This document shows, piece by piece, positions 50,843-61,160 of a DNA stretch of 64,000 nucleotides. The notes under the pieces were generated by a model. That model searched no databases, was not told where the DNA came from, and was given only the letters and a program-made list of their open reading frames with translations. The stretch comes from an uncultured Bacilli bacterium (GTDB lineage Bacteria; Bacillota_I; Bacilli_A; RF39; UBA660): contig CALVRH010000001.1 of the NCBI GenBank assembly GCA_944358535.1, forward strand, positions 23,708-87,707. The letters run 5' to 3'. The position numbers and the translations under genes are program-made. Position 1 is the stretch's first letter. Each line of letters opens with the position of its first letter.

Positions 50843-51772
50843 TTAGCCAAAGGTATAAGGATTTGACTCTGTTCCTGTTCCTCCTGTGATTTGGACTTCA
50901 GAAGAAAGAGTTATGGCAGGCCTGACCACATAGTTCGTACGGCTCGCGTTGATGTAGGTCACGCCGCCATTGTTAAGCACGATGAACACATAGTAAGAGT
51001 AGCCAGAATGGGGCGACAAGGTCCACCAATTAATATTTGAATCATACATCCACGTGGTACGTCTACATGTACCATAATTATTATTAATTGAAACAAATGA
51101 TTTGCAGTTTGAATTTGAATTCGTTCTTAGATATTCACTTACTGTTGGTAATGCTATTTTTCCATTCCATGTTGTTCTATTTTCATAATTGACTATATCG
51201 GCCAAATAATTACTGTCTTCTTCATTCGCACCTATACTAAAATCAGATGCAACTATTTGACCTTGTGCTTCACTACTTAAACTATTTAAATATGTTCCAT
51301 TTAAATATGTATTTAAACTAGCTGGTCTAGCCCAATTATTATTTCCATAACTACCAGATGTATCCCATGCTAAAGTATAGCTTGTATTTATATTTGCTGT
51401 TTTCATTATCTTTATAGTTCCATCACAACCTACAGAAATAATTCTCCAGCCTGCTGTTTCTCCATTAAAGGTTACATAATTATTTGGGTTTGCTCCTGTA
51501 AAGAAATATCTACACTCATACAGATCTTTTTCTAAGCCATTATCTTCTATTATTTGGTCACCTGCTGGTGGTTCAGCTGTACATACTCCATACAGTTCAT
51601 CTATTGCCCCTTGTACATTGTTTGATTGTAAGCCACTCGCAGTATTATCGTATGTAACATCTTTACTTGGAAAATATGTTGCTGCTATTACTCCTATAGT
51701 TCCACATGCTATTATTCCTAATATTAATCCTACTAAATAACTCTTTGCAAACTCTTTTATTTTTTCTTTCAT
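50843..51772 (-). CDS. TM-anchored surface protein, paralog family member A2
   Basis: ORF to 51829 runs through a poly(A) tract (MFFFFF...). Real start ATG at 51772 (MKEKIKEF...) with AGGAGA RBS. ...AATYFPSKDVTYDNTASGLQSNNVQGAIDELYGVC...NWWTLSPHSGYSYY...NYVVRPAITLSS. Confidence 0.5.
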   Translation of the reverse strand: MKEKIKEFAKSYLVGLILGIIACGTIGVIAATYFPSKDVTYDNTASGLQSNNVQGAIDELYGVCTAEPPAGDQIIEDNGLEKDLYECRYFFTGANPNNYVTFNGETAGWRIISVGCDGTIKIMKTANINTSYTLAWDTSGSYGNNNWARPASLNTYLNGTYLNSLSSEAQGQIVASDFSIGANEEDSNYLADIVNYENRTTWNGKIALPTVSEYLRTNSNSNCKSFVSINNNYGTCRRTTWMYDSNINWWTLSPHSGYSYYVFIVLNNGGVTYINASRTNYVVRPAITLSSEVQITGGTGTESNPYTFG

Positions 51773-51808
51773 TTTGACATCTCCTATCTTATCCATATTC
51801 AAGATATC

Positions 51809-51824
51809 ATAAAAAAAAAAAAAA
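51809..51824. repeat. Poly(A)16 / poly(T)16 homopolymer tract
   Basis: 16 consecutive A on the plus strand, about 35 nt upstream of the 50843..51772 start codon (5' UTR/promoter region), and just downstream of the ylbL-like gene stop. Confidence 0.9.
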
Positions 51825-51872
51825 AACAAGTAATATTTTTGTTAGATAACTTGTTTTTTTGAACAAAAATTC

Positions 51873-52886
51873 TTAATCTTGATTTTCTAAATAGTTTAAA
51901 GCCTGTTCAAATGTTTCTACTGGAACAAGGTCAATTTCATAGCCACGTTCTTTTTTTATTTTTTTTGCTTCATTATAGTTATCTCCTTTTGGAACAATGA
52001 AAACATCCGCGCCTTTATTGACAGCTCCTATTAATTTATATTTAATTCCACTGATTTCGCCGACGTTACCATTTATGTCGATGGTACCAGTTCCGACGAT
52101 TGTTTTGCCACCTGTTAGATCTATTTTATTTAAGTGACTATATATTGTTAAGGTAAGCATTAGACCACCAGAAGAGCCGGATTCACTTTCTTTGAAGTTA
52201 AAGGTTATTTGTTTACTTGATTTAACATCAAATGTTTCTGTTATGACTGCTCCTATTTTTGGCACATCTAAAAGATTTATTAAGGTAGCTATTCTTGTTT
52301 TAGTTTTACCGTCAATATCCTTAACTTCTAATGTGACTTTATCATTAATGTTTTTAGATGCAATGTAGGCAAACAGTTCTGTTTTATCTTTTATTTCTTG
52401 GTCATCTACTTTCAAAATTTGGTCGCCTATTTTTAAATCGGTTTTGGCTATTTCATCGATATATGTGACATATACTTTATTGTTAGTTATAGTATAGTCG
52501 ATATCAGAATGTTTATAAGCTACTAATAAAGCAGTATCATTAGCTTCTTCTAAAAGCATTTTATTACGGTAGTTTTTTTCTTCTATTGTTTCATTGTCAT
52601 TTTTTACTTCTTCTTCTTTTTCGGTATCCCAATCTTTATTTAAAGCTGAATAAATTAATGTGGGAATGGTGGCATGAATTTCTGAAACATAGGCCATATT
52701 TAGAGTTCCAGACAGTTTAAAGTTATCTTCGGTTGATATTTTGCCTTCTGTATTAATGAGGCCTCCTGGAGCAGAAATATAGTATGGTAATTCGATAAGA
52801 AAGACAGCTAAAATGATGATGTAGACTAATATTATTTTATAATATTCCTTGACATATTTTTTTACGGTTTTAAGTAATTTTTTCAT
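51873..52886 (-). CDS. YlbL/SepM-family protease (PDZ domain + Lon-like S16 C-terminal domain)
   Basis: 337 aa. N-terminal TM, PDZ segment (...KIGDQILKVDDQEIKDKTELFAYIA...), Lon C-terminal catalytic region (...GSSGGLMLTLTIYS...). Confidence 0.8.
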   Translation of the reverse strand: MKKLLKTVKKYVKEYYKIILVYIIILAVFLIELPYYISAPGGLINTEGKISTEDNFKLSGTLNMAYVSEIHATIPTLIYSALNKDWDTEKEEEVKNDNETIEEKNYRNKMLLEEANDTALLVAYKHSDIDYTITNNKVYVTYIDEIAKTDLKIGDQILKVDDQEIKDKTELFAYIASKNINDKVTLEVKDIDGKTKTRIATLINLLDVPKIGAVITETFDVKSSKQITFNFKESESGSSGGLMLTLTIYSHLNKIDLTGGKTIVGTGTIDINGNVGEISGIKYKLIGAVNKGADVFIVPKGDNYNEAKKIKKERGYEIDLVPVETFEQALNYLENQD

Positions 52887-52932
52887 ATATTACTCCTTTC
52901 AATAATAGATTTATTTAATAGTGGGTGAAATT

Positions 52933-53910
52933 ATGCGCAGATGGATGAGTGTCTTTATAATGGGTGTGTTATTATTTTTTGTATATGAAATTTTAACGGA
53001 ATCAGAAAGTATTTTAAATTCTGTTGATTTTTCACTTAATGTATTTAAAAACAATGTGTTTCCATCATTATTTCCCTTTTTTGTGCTTTCAAATATTTTG
53101 ATTAAATGTGGGCTTCCCGAGTTTATGGGGAATTTATTCAAGGGAGTTATGAACCGAGCATTTAAGATTAAAGGGATATGTGCTTTTATCTTTTTCATGA
53201 GTATTATATCAGGAAATCCTGCAAATGCAAAGTATACGAGAGAACTTTATTTAGGAGGAAGGATAAACAAATATGAAGCAACCAAGATTTTATGTTTTAC
53301 TTGTTTTTCTAATCCTTTATTTATTTTGGGAACAGTATCAATACTTTTTTTAAACAACAAGGATGCAGGATTACTTATTTTACTTTGTCATTATTTAGGC
53401 AATTTAATTATTGGGTTTGGTATGCGAAATTATCATCCAAGTGAAAAAGAAAAATCAAAGGTTAGTTTAAAAAAGGCTTTAGATGAAATGCATATGAAAA
53501 GAATTAGTAATAAAGAAAGTTTTGGAGAGATGATTACAAATTCTTTAATTAGTAGTATTGATACTTTACTTTTGATTTTAGGGGTTATTACGATTTGTTT
53601 AGTAGTGACGACGATTATTGATAATAATTTAAATTTAAATAGTGTTTTAGGAAGTGTTTTAAATGGGTTTGTGGAAATGACGCAAGGACTTAAATATATA
53701 AGTTTAGAAGCGATTCCCCTTAAATTAAAATGTGTACTTACGGTAATGATTTTATCTTTTGGAGGGTTATCTGTACATATGCAGATTATGGGAATTTTAA
53801 GCGATACAGATATTAAGTATTTGCCATTTTTATGTGCGAGGGTATGTCATGCAATAATTTCTTCTTTAGTTATGTTTTTACTTTTTGATTTTTGGATAGG
53901 TTTGACATAA
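52933..53910 (+). CDS. Nucleoside-recognition (Gate) domain membrane protein, YlbJ-like
   Basis: Polytopic membrane protein, MRRWMSVFIMGVLLFF.... Divergently adjacent to the ylbL-like gene as in Bacillus ylbJ-ylbL. Assignment by architecture and synteny only. Confidence 0.45.
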   Translation: MRRWMSVFIMGVLLFFVYEILTESESILNSVDFSLNVFKNNVFPSLFPFFVLSNILIKCGLPEFMGNLFKGVMNRAFKIKGICAFIFFMSIISGNPANAKYTRELYLGGRINKYEATKILCFTCFSNPLFILGTVSILFLNNKDAGLLILLCHYLGNLIIGFGMRNYHPSEKEKSKVSLKKALDEMHMKRISNKESFGEMITNSLISSIDTLLLILGVITICLVVTTIIDNNLNLNSVLGSVLNGFVEMTQGLKYISLEAIPLKLKCVLTVMILSFGGLSVHMQIMGILSDTDIKYLPFLCARVCHAIISSLVMFLLFDFWIGLT

Positions 53911-54028
53911 GTCTTGTTTTTTTACTTATTTTACTTTTTTTGCGATTGTTTTTATTTTCAAAGTATTATATAATAGTTTTAGGATAGATACTGGTCCTAT
54001 AAAAGATAAGAAAAGGAGCAAGATTTAT

Positions 54029-55498
54029 ATGATGAGAACATTTGACTTTGCAAAAGTACCAATTGTCGATATAATTAATGATATTTTAGTGGATTCTTCT
54101 AAAAAAGGTGCGAGTGATATTCATTTTGACCCATATGAAGATCATTTGCTTATTAGAATTAGAATTGATGGACTTTTAATGGATTATGCGACAGTGCCAG
54201 AGGAATATCGTGATTATTTAATTACCCGTATTAAAACGATTTCTAAAATGAATATTACAGAATCTAGATTACCACAAGATGGTGCTATTAAAGAAACGCT
54301 TGAGGGAATTGATTTAGATTTACGTGTTTCTTCACTTCCAGTTAGTACAGGTGAAAAAATTGTTATTCGTATTTTAGATTATACACGTAGTATGGCTGGT
54401 TTAGGTGAACTTGGCTTTAGTGAAGAAAATTATAAAAAGGTATTAGAGATGCTTAGTGTTCCTAATGGTATTATTTTAGTTACTGGTGCTACTGGTAGTG
54501 GTAAATCAACAACAGTTTATTCAATGCTTCAACAATTAAATACATCTGAGACAAATATTATTACGGTTGAAGATCCTATTGAGATGGATATTACTGGAAT
54601 TAACCAAGTTCAAACGAATCCTAAGATTGGCTTGACTTTTGCTTCTGCGCTTAGGAGTATTTTAAGACAAGACCCAAATATTATAATGATTGGTGAAATA
54701 AGAGATACTGAGACAGCAAAGATTGCGGTACGTGCCTCAATTACAGGTCATTTAGTACTTTCGACATTACATACTAATACTTCACTTAATACTATTGAAC
54801 GCTTGATTGATATGGATGTTCAAAGATATTTGTTAGCATCGGCTTTGGAAGGAGTAATTTCTCAAAAACTAGCTAGACAGTTATGTCCACATTGTAAAAA
54901 GCTTAGAAAAACTAGTGAGTATGAAAAATCTGTATTTAAAACTGTTTTGAATAAAGATATTGAAGAAATTTACGATGCTGAAGGGTGTGAGGAATGTCAT
55001 GATGGTTACAAGGGACGAATGGCAATTCATGAAGTGTTACGTATTAATCAACAAATTCGCGACGCTTTGAGTAATAATAAGCCTAAAGAGACTATTAGAG
55101 ATTTGGTTTATGGTAGTGGTAATGTGATTACTATGCTTCAAGATGGGCTTGAAAAGGTTATTAAAGGCTATACAACTTTTGAAGAAATTCTTAAGTTGAT
55201 TGAACTTGAAGATGATGATAAGATTAGTTCTGACAGTTCTTTATCAGAAGCTATTATGGAGACTAAGGAAGCATTAGCTGCTAGAGAACAAGGTGAGGGT
55301 GAATATATGGGAGTTAGACCAGAGCTTGTTACTGCTGGTCAGAATATAGTCACACCTACTAGTGGTTTTCAAGATATGAATAATACTTTAAATGAATATG
55401 CTATTAATTCTTCTCAAGATACAAATCAACAAGATTTAAATTTAGTAAATAATGGACAAACTATGGTTCAAAATAATATTGAAAGTTTAGACATTTAA
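54029..55498 (+). CDS. GspE/PilB-family type IV pilus / competence assembly ATPase
   Basis: 489 aa. Walker A GATGSGKSTT, Asp box, tetra-Cys zinc motif CPHCKK...CEECHDGYKG. AAGGAG RBS. Unusual ~100-aa polar C-terminal extension (...LEDDDKISSDSSLSEAIMETKEALAAREQGEGEY...). Confidence 0.85.
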   Translation: MMRTFDFAKVPIVDIINDILVDSSKKGASDIHFDPYEDHLLIRIRIDGLLMDYATVPEEYRDYLITRIKTISKMNITESRLPQDGAIKETLEGIDLDLRVSSLPVSTGEKIVIRILDYTRSMAGLGELGFSEENYKKVLEMLSVPNGIILVTGATGSGKSTTVYSMLQQLNTSETNIITVEDPIEMDITGINQVQTNPKIGLTFASALRSILRQDPNIIMIGEIRDTETAKIAVRASITGHLVLSTLHTNTSLNTIERLIDMDVQRYLLASALEGVISQKLARQLCPHCKKLRKTSEYEKSVFKTVLNKDIEEIYDAEGCEECHDGYKGRMAIHEVLRINQQIRDALSNNKPKETIRDLVYGSGNVITMLQDGLEKVIKGYTTFEEILKLIELEDDDKISSDSSLSEAIMETKEALAAREQGEGEYMGVRPELVTAGQNIVTPTSGFQDMNNTLNEYAINSSQDTNQQDLNLVNNGQTMVQNNIESLDI

Positions 55499-55499
55499 A

Positions 55500-55530
55500 A
55501 AAGCGTAGCTTATCTAGCTACGCTTTCATA
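55500..55530. terminator. Bidirectional rho-independent terminator
   Basis: aaaaaagcgtagct-tatc-tagctacgcttt: 10-bp perfect stem flanked by A and T runs between convergent genes. Confidence 0.8.
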
Positions 55531-55992
55531 TGCAGCAATTTCTTTTGTTGTGGCATTGGAAAATTTACCTTTTGTAACAGCAGTTATTGTTCTTGTTTCA
55601 TTTGGGGCTAGTGGCTCACCAATATTACCACGTAAGGTAATAATTTCACTTCCATTTTTATCTTTTAAAATGATGTTAACATCGGAAATCGTACTATTAG
55701 TTGTTGTAGTATTGGTAACATCAGCTGAAAATGTACTATAACCATTTTCAGATATTAATGAAATGTTAGAAAATTGTAGACCCTCATAGGTTGTTTCACT
55801 AATAATGCCTTGATTAGTGTTAGCAACCATTCCTTCTTCTTCGTTTTTAGTGATGTTATCAGATTTACCACCAATATTAAACGAAACAATTAAACCAATA
55901 ATTAAGGCAACAATTACCACTAAAAATATTATCAAAGGTATTTTATTCCTTTTTATAAAATCAATTGCTTTTGCTTTGTCAAATTTTTTCAT
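55510..55992 (-). CDS. Hypothetical membrane-anchored protein
   Basis: 160 aa. N-terminal TM (IPLIIFLVVIVALIIGLIV) then Thr/Asn-rich beta-like domain. Confidence 0.4.
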   Translation of the reverse strand: MKKFDKAKAIDFIKRNKIPLIIFLVVIVALIIGLIVSFNIGGKSDNITKNEEEGMVANTNQGIISETTYEGLQFSNISLISENGYSTFSADVTNTTTTNSTISDVNIILKDKNGSEIITLRGNIGEPLAPNETRTITAVTKGKFSNATTKEIAAYESVAR

Positions 55993-56048
55993 TTATTCCC
56001 CTACTTTCTTTATTTTTATTATAAATTATTTTAGGGAAAAATTCAATA

Positions 56049-56486
56049 CTATAAATAAACTTTTAATTTTTCTATGTACTCTTCACCAAATTTTCTTAGA
56101 TTTTTAGCTATAGCAATTATTTTTTTATCAGCAGTTTTTTCATAATTATCAATATGTTTAGTTAATTCTAAGTTACCCATGGTTAGACCTTGAATTAACA
56201 TATCGGCGATATTGGCATCACTATTATCACTTATCATTTCTTTACTAATACTCATTTTAGACATAGCTTTAGCCATCATTCCAATTGGTTTAGCTTTTAG
56301 ATCTTTTTTATTTAATAATTTTTCAGTTTCTTTAGCGTATTTTTCATAATTTTTTTCAATTTCTTCAACTAGTTTTTTTATTTTGTTATCTTTTCCTTTT
56401 AAACTATTTATTAAATCTTTAGTACTTTGCATACCCATGTTGCTTGTTTGATAAATATACTCTAATATTTCTTCATTTTCATTCAT
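56049..56486 (-). CDS. Hypothetical protein
   Basis: 145 aa, K/E-rich helical protein. No motif recognised. Confidence 0.35.
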   Translation of the reverse strand: MNENEEILEYIYQTSNMGMQSTKDLINSLKGKDNKIKKLVEEIEKNYEKYAKETEKLLNKKDLKAKPIGMMAKAMSKMSISKEMISDNSDANIADMLIQGLTMGNLELTKHIDNYEKTADKKIIAIAKNLRKFGEEYIEKLKVYL

Positions 56487-56545
56487 TTTATCATTCCTTT
56501 CAGCTTTATTATGTGTTTAGTTTACTGTTTTATACAAAAAAACAA

Positions 56546-56890
56546 TTACTTTTCGCGAGTAATTGTTAAAGTGCATGGTTTAGATTCTTTTCTATTTCGA
56601 GTTATTTCAATTTTGTTACCGGTTATTTTTATTTGGTAATCTTTTGAATTAGAATAATTATTTTTTATTTTTTCTTTTAATTTGTTTATAAAAGTATTTC
56701 CATCAGAAATATGCGTATTAAAGTGTCTTATGAAATTAGTTTGAAAAACATATATATCCATAGCAAGGGTTTCTTCGTTATCAATATTTTTATTTATAAA
56801 TTTTATTAGACCACCAGTTACTCTACCATCTGATGATATTTGGTCAATATATTCGGTAGTTAAGTTAATTATTTTATTTATATTATCCAT
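56546..56890 (-). CDS. Hypothetical protein
   Basis: ORF to 56965 trimmed to internal ATG (MDNINKIINL...) to limit overlap with the upstream tag gene. Unknown function. Confidence 0.3.
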   Translation of the reverse strand: MDNINKIINLTTEYIDQISSDGRVTGGLIKFINKNIDNEETLAMDIYVFQTNFIRHFNTHISDGNTFINKLKEKIKNNYSNSKDYQIKITGNKIEITRNRKESKPCTLTITREK

Positions 56891-57437
56891 TTTGATTTCC
56901 TTTCTTATATTTAAAACAGTTTTCATCATGAGAGTTGACGATGCCGATGGCTTGTAAGTAAGCATATATTATAGTTGTCCCAACGAAGGTCATACCTCTT
57001 TTTTTTAAATCTTTAGATATTTTATCAGATAACTCTGATGAAGTTTTACCTATTTCATATATTATTTTATTATTGGTGAAACCCCAAATATATTTAGAAA
57101 AAGATTCATATTCTTTTTTTATTTGTTTAAATATTTTAGCATTATTAATAGATGCTTTTATTTTTAATTTATTTCTAATTATACCTTTATTTTCTTTTAA
57201 TTCATTTATTTTTGTTTCATCATAACAAACTATTTTATCAATATCAAAATTATCATAAGCATGTCTAAAATTTTCTCTTTTATTTAAAATACATTCCCAA
57301 GATAGTCCTGCTTGAAATGATTCTAAAATTAAAAGTTCGAACAGTTCTTTATCATCATAAGTTGGTTCTCCCCACTCTTCATCGTGGTATTTAACATAAA
57401 GCGGATTATCTAAATTACACCATTTACATCTTTGCAT
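56883..57437 (-). CDS. tag: DNA-3-methyladenine glycosylase I
   Basis: 184 aa: CKWCNLDNPLYVKYHDEEWGEP...ESFQAGLSW... typical Tag zinc/HhH motifs. Confidence 0.85.
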   Translation of the reverse strand: MQRCKWCNLDNPLYVKYHDEEWGEPTYDDKELFELLILESFQAGLSWECILNKRENFRHAYDNFDIDKIVCYDETKINELKENKGIIRNKLKIKASINNAKIFKQIKKEYESFSKYIWGFTNNKIIYEIGKTSSELSDKISKDLKKRGMTFVGTTIIYAYLQAIGIVNSHDENCFKYKKGNQNG

Positions 57438-57951
57438 ATTTTTCTCCTTTTGGTATTTTGTATTTTGTTATATCTAATCCTTCTAATTTTAATAATTTTA
57501 TTTTAACATCTATTCCACCAGTAAAACCGGTTAGATTGTTATTAGTACCTACTACTCTATGACAAGGGATAATGATGGGAATGGGATTATGGCCGATTGC
57601 ACCACCTACAGCTCTAGCTGATGTTTTAGAGTTTATTTTTTGGGCTACAAAACCATAGGTTACAGTTTGACCATAGGAAATAGTTTTTAATGCATTCCAA
57701 ACTTTTATTTGAAATGGTGTGCCTTCTAGTTTTAATTTTAAGTCATCTATATTGGGTTTTTCTTTATTAAAATATTTATCCAACCAAGTTTTGGTTTGTT
57801 TAAATATCTCTAGGTTATCGTTTGTTTTTGCATCTTTTTTTATATTTTGATAGTATGATTCTTTTTCTAATATAACATGAGTTAGATTTGTTCCATCACT
57901 TATTAAAGTTAGATTACCAATTGGCGATGGATAATTAGCTTTATATTTCAT
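57424..57951 (-). CDS. ogt: Methylated-DNA--protein-cysteine methyltransferase
   Basis: 175 aa: ...IPCHRVVG... active-site motif and HTH-like C-domain. Overlaps tag by 14 nt. Confidence 0.85.
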   Translation of the reverse strand: MKYKANYPSPIGNLTLISDGTNLTHVILEKESYYQNIKKDAKTNDNLEIFKQTKTWLDKYFNKEKPNIDDLKLKLEGTPFQIKVWNALKTISYGQTVTYGFVAQKINSKTSARAVGGAIGHNPIPIIIPCHRVVGTNNNLTGFTGGIDVKIKLLKLEGLDITKYKIPKGEKYAKM

Positions 57952-58019
57952 ATAAGCACCTCAAATAAATAATATGAAATTTTATAATTAATGTCAAGAA
58001 AAGCATCTTTTTTAGATGC

Positions 58020-58847
58020 TTAACCAATGTTTATATCTCCATATTTAGTTTTTGCGGTTAAGGTGTAATTGCCTAAATTAGATGAATTATTTATTTTTAT
58101 TTCACCCCATTTGGTATCACCTAAGGCTTTACCGTTTGAAAGTTTTTCGGCAGTAATTTCCCCATATTTTGTTTCTAATTTTGAATTGTTTGTTAGAAAT
58201 ATGTTATTAATTTTTATATCTCCATAAGTGGTTTTAATAGAGGTATAACCATTAATAGTACTAGCTTTTACTTCACCATAAGTATTTTTTACGGTTAAAA
58301 CGTTTGCGTTTTCCGTTAAAACATCACCATAGGTTGTTTCAATATTAATTCTATTTGCTTTATTTACAGTAATATCTCCAGTAGTAGATTTAACATTAAT
58401 GTTGCCGTTTGTTTTTGCAATTTCTATATCACCATTATTATTTTTAACATTTAACTTTTTACTAAATGTTTCTGGTATATATATGATTAGATGTGGGCTT
58501 TTTTGAAGGCATATACCAAAACATTTTTGCGCATCAAATTCAATGTTTAAGGTGTTTTCTTTTTGATTTATTTTAGGTTTTTCTTTTTCACTATAAACAT
58601 CTATTTTTATTTTATCATCTGAAGAGTTTTTAAATTCAATATCAGTATTTGTGATGTCTAGTTTAATTTCATTAAATATATTATCATAAGTTTTAGATAG
58701 AGTTAGGTTATCGCTTTGCCCCATGCTTATAAATTTAACATTAATTAATGAGGGATTTAAGATTCCCCATATCATTATAGCTAGTAAACTTATAGTGCAT
58801 AAAGATAAAAGGATTATTGATACGATGATTAATTTTTTATTCTTCAT
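58020..58847 (-). CDS. DUF4097-type beta-strand repeat protein (putative adhesin/stress-response module)
   Basis: 275 aa. N-terminal TM, repeated ...T.YGDI.IN.../TKYGDINIG beta-solenoid-like units. Confidence 0.65.
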   Translation of the reverse strand: MKNKKLIIVSIILLSLCTISLLAIMIWGILNPSLINVKFISMGQSDNLTLSKTYDNIFNEIKLDITNTDIEFKNSSDDKIKIDVYSEKEKPKINQKENTLNIEFDAQKCFGICLQKSPHLIIYIPETFSKKLNVKNNNGDIEIAKTNGNINVKSTTGDITVNKANRINIETTYGDVLTENANVLTVKNTYGEVKASTINGYTSIKTTYGDIKINNIFLTNNSKLETKYGEITAEKLSNGKALGDTKWGEIKINNSSNLGNYTLTAKTKYGDINIG

Positions 58848-59466
58848 CTACGTCATTTCCTTTTAAGTTAAAAACTAGTTTTATTATTTGCATAATTAAA
58901 GCATAAATAATCCACATTATCCAGGTTATGTGCCAAGCCATGGTTAAAAAACTAATAAACATATAAATGATGAGAGTTAGGAGCGCGAGTGCTTCATCGA
59001 TGGTTTTATATAAGTTATTTTCTTTTGTTTTTATTTTAATTTTTTTAGTTTCTTTATTATCATAAACCATGCTTGTATAAATGATTATGCCAGTTGCGAT
59101 GGCGATAGTGATTAAGAATAAACAAATACCTAATATTTCTAAATTTTTTATGTTACCAAAGATAATTACAAATACAACTGATAAAATATATAGACTTACT
59201 GATATGGAATACATGAAAGCTTTTTTCTTTTGAATTTCTCTTTTAAATTCATGAGGAGTTTGCTCTTTTTTATTGCCTGTTAATAGTTCATCAGTAGTTA
59301 TTCCATATAAGTTACATAGCGGAACTATTTTATCAAAGTCTGGGGTTGTCCCACCTGTTTCCCACTTACTAACTGTTTGCCGGCTAACATTTAATATATT
59401 AGCTACTTCTTCTTGTGATAGATTTTTTTCTTTTCTTAGTTCATATAATTTTTCTCCTAATTTCAT
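58837..59466 (-). CDS. Membrane-anchored XRE-family HTH regulator
   Basis: 209 aa. N-terminal HTH_3 (LRKEKNLSQEEVANILNVSRQTVSKWETGGTTPDFDKIVPLCNLYGI) then 3-4 TM helices. Overlaps the DUF4097 gene by 11 nt. Confidence 0.7.
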   Translation of the reverse strand: MKLGEKLYELRKEKNLSQEEVANILNVSRQTVSKWETGGTTPDFDKIVPLCNLYGITTDELLTGNKKEQTPHEFKREIQKKKAFMYSISVSLYILSVVFVIIFGNIKNLEILGICLFLITIAIATGIIIYTSMVYDNKETKKIKIKTKENNLYKTIDEALALLTLIIYMFISFLTMAWHITWIMWIIYALIMQIIKLVFNLKGNDVDEE

Positions 59467-59581
59467 TTTTTCACCTCGAGATAATTTTATAATGAAAAGT
59501 GTTTACAATACTAGCATTTTCGCTTTGCAATTTGTCAACTAGGTTTAACATTGTTTGTTTTTCCTTTAAATATAAGGTATT

Positions 59582-61159
59582 TTATGCTCTTAATTTAAAG
59601 GTTTTTGGAGCTTTATTATAAACTAAAATTAAAGCAATTATACAGTACAAAATACTAAATATGATGGTTGCTAGTCCAAAATAAAAGGTTGGTAGTTTTT
59701 CTCCGATGAAGAAATAACATACAAAGTAAGTTAATCCTTGGACTAGTGAATAAGTACTACTTTTCATTTCTGTGTTTACGTTATATGGCTGTAAAAGATA
59801 ATACATAACTAAGTAATGGACTGAGAAAAAGATACTCATGGCTAAGATAGATACAAATATGATGACATAGTTTAATGGTTCAGCCACTCCTCCAGATAAA
59901 TATAGAAGTAAGGTTAATCCCCCACCGATTAAGAGTGCTGGAATTAGATTTAAGGAAATTAAAGTTTTTAATCTTTCTTTAAAGACACCTAATATTACTT
60001 TTGGGGTTCTATAAATTCTATATGTCAGCATACTATGATCACAGTTCATAAACATAGCCTCTGTTACAGTGGTTCCGCGGTTTAAGATATACATAACAAA
60101 GACAAAGTATGGCAAATAAACTAGTAATAAGGCATTTAGGCCTTCGGCTACTGTTTTATTTTTTAAGGTGAGAACTATCAAAATAGCAAATATTAAAGTG
60201 ATAACAATGGATTGTTTTTTGATAGCTTTAGTTAATATTTTGCTATGTCTTTTAACAAATAGTTCATGGAAGTAGGCAAATCCATGTTTATTACTTTTAA
60301 AGTTTTTGTCTAGCTCGATTTGCTTAGAAACATTTTCTTTAATGGCTTTTGTACTACTAGCATTTTCGACTGCATATACATTTTCGTTTGTTAAGATTTG
60401 TTTATACATTTGTTTATATTTATCAAATGAATTGATTACTTTAATACTTAAAAGGCCAGTGATTAAACTTATGATAAAACAAATAGTGAAGATGAATGGA
60501 TTAATTATAATTTTAAAATATGGCATTCCATAAGCACATAAAAGTAATATTCCAATTACTAGCCAAGTTAGTTTATTTAATAAGTTTTCATTTTTAGCTA
60601 TTTTAGTTTTTTTAAAATCGGTTATAACATAGGCACTGAAAGTTATTTTTACCATAACGACAAAAATAGGCATAATTATGCATAGCCAAAGTGGAACTTT
60701 TAACATTAAACCAAAGATTATGGTAAAGGGCATAAAACCGATGAAGGTTTTTAGCATGGCATATATATAATTAGACAATGTGTATTTTTTGGCATCCATA
60801 TTCATAATCATCATAGCATAATATTTATCTTTAGTTGGGTTAAACATATAAGTGTTCATAATGCCACCAATGATGGTTAAAAATAAGAATATATGTATAA
60901 AAGTATTGGCATTATTTAGTTTAAATACTGGAAGCATGGCAAAGATGCAGAAGAATATGTATAGAAATTTACCTAAGAAAATTGTGCATAATTCCATAAT
61001 TATACTGACAATATTACCAATGATTTTTAAGGCTTTATTTTTATATAAGCTTTCTGGTAATATTTTTCTTATTATTGGCAACTGTTTAATCGAATAAATA
61101 ACACTATTGACACGGTAGGTATTTTTTAATTTAAAGGAAGTAATAAATGCCTCTAACAT
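59582..61159 (-). CDS. ABC-2-type polytopic membrane permease
   Basis: 525 aa, ~12 predicted TM helices. 1-nt gap to the upstream ABC ATPase. Confidence 0.55.
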   Translation of the reverse strand: MLEAFITSFKLKNTYRVNSVIYSIKQLPIIRKILPESLYKNKALKIIGNIVSIIMELCTIFLGKFLYIFFCIFAMLPVFKLNNANTFIHIFLFLTIIGGIMNTYMFNPTKDKYYAMMIMNMDAKKYTLSNYIYAMLKTFIGFMPFTIIFGLMLKVPLWLCIIMPIFVVMVKITFSAYVITDFKKTKIAKNENLLNKLTWLVIGILLLCAYGMPYFKIIINPFIFTICFIISLITGLLSIKVINSFDKYKQMYKQILTNENVYAVENASSTKAIKENVSKQIELDKNFKSNKHGFAYFHELFVKRHSKILTKAIKKQSIVITLIFAILIVLTLKNKTVAEGLNALLLVYLPYFVFVMYILNRGTTVTEAMFMNCDHSMLTYRIYRTPKVILGVFKERLKTLISLNLIPALLIGGGLTLLLYLSGGVAEPLNYVIIFVSILAMSIFFSVHYLVMYYLLQPYNVNTEMKSSTYSLVQGLTYFVCYFFIGEKLPTFYFGLATIIFSILYCIIALILVYNKAPKTFKLRA

Positions 61160-61160
61160 A

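Noticed and set aside
51773-51829. N-terminal extension MFFFFFYDILNMDKIGDVK of ORF 50843..51829
   Set aside because: Created by reading through the poly(A)16 tract. The downstream ATG at 51772 has a proper AGGAGA RBS, so the tract is treated as 5' non-coding.
52911-53198. 95-aa minus-strand ORF
   Set aside because: Fully overlaps the 5' end of the plus-strand YlbJ-like membrane protein gene. No RBS, and hydrophobic antisense composition.
56891-56965. 5' extension of ORF 56546..56965 overlapping tag by 83 nt
   Set aside because: Such a long overlap is unlikely. An internal ATG (MDNINK...) reduces the overlap to 8 nt.
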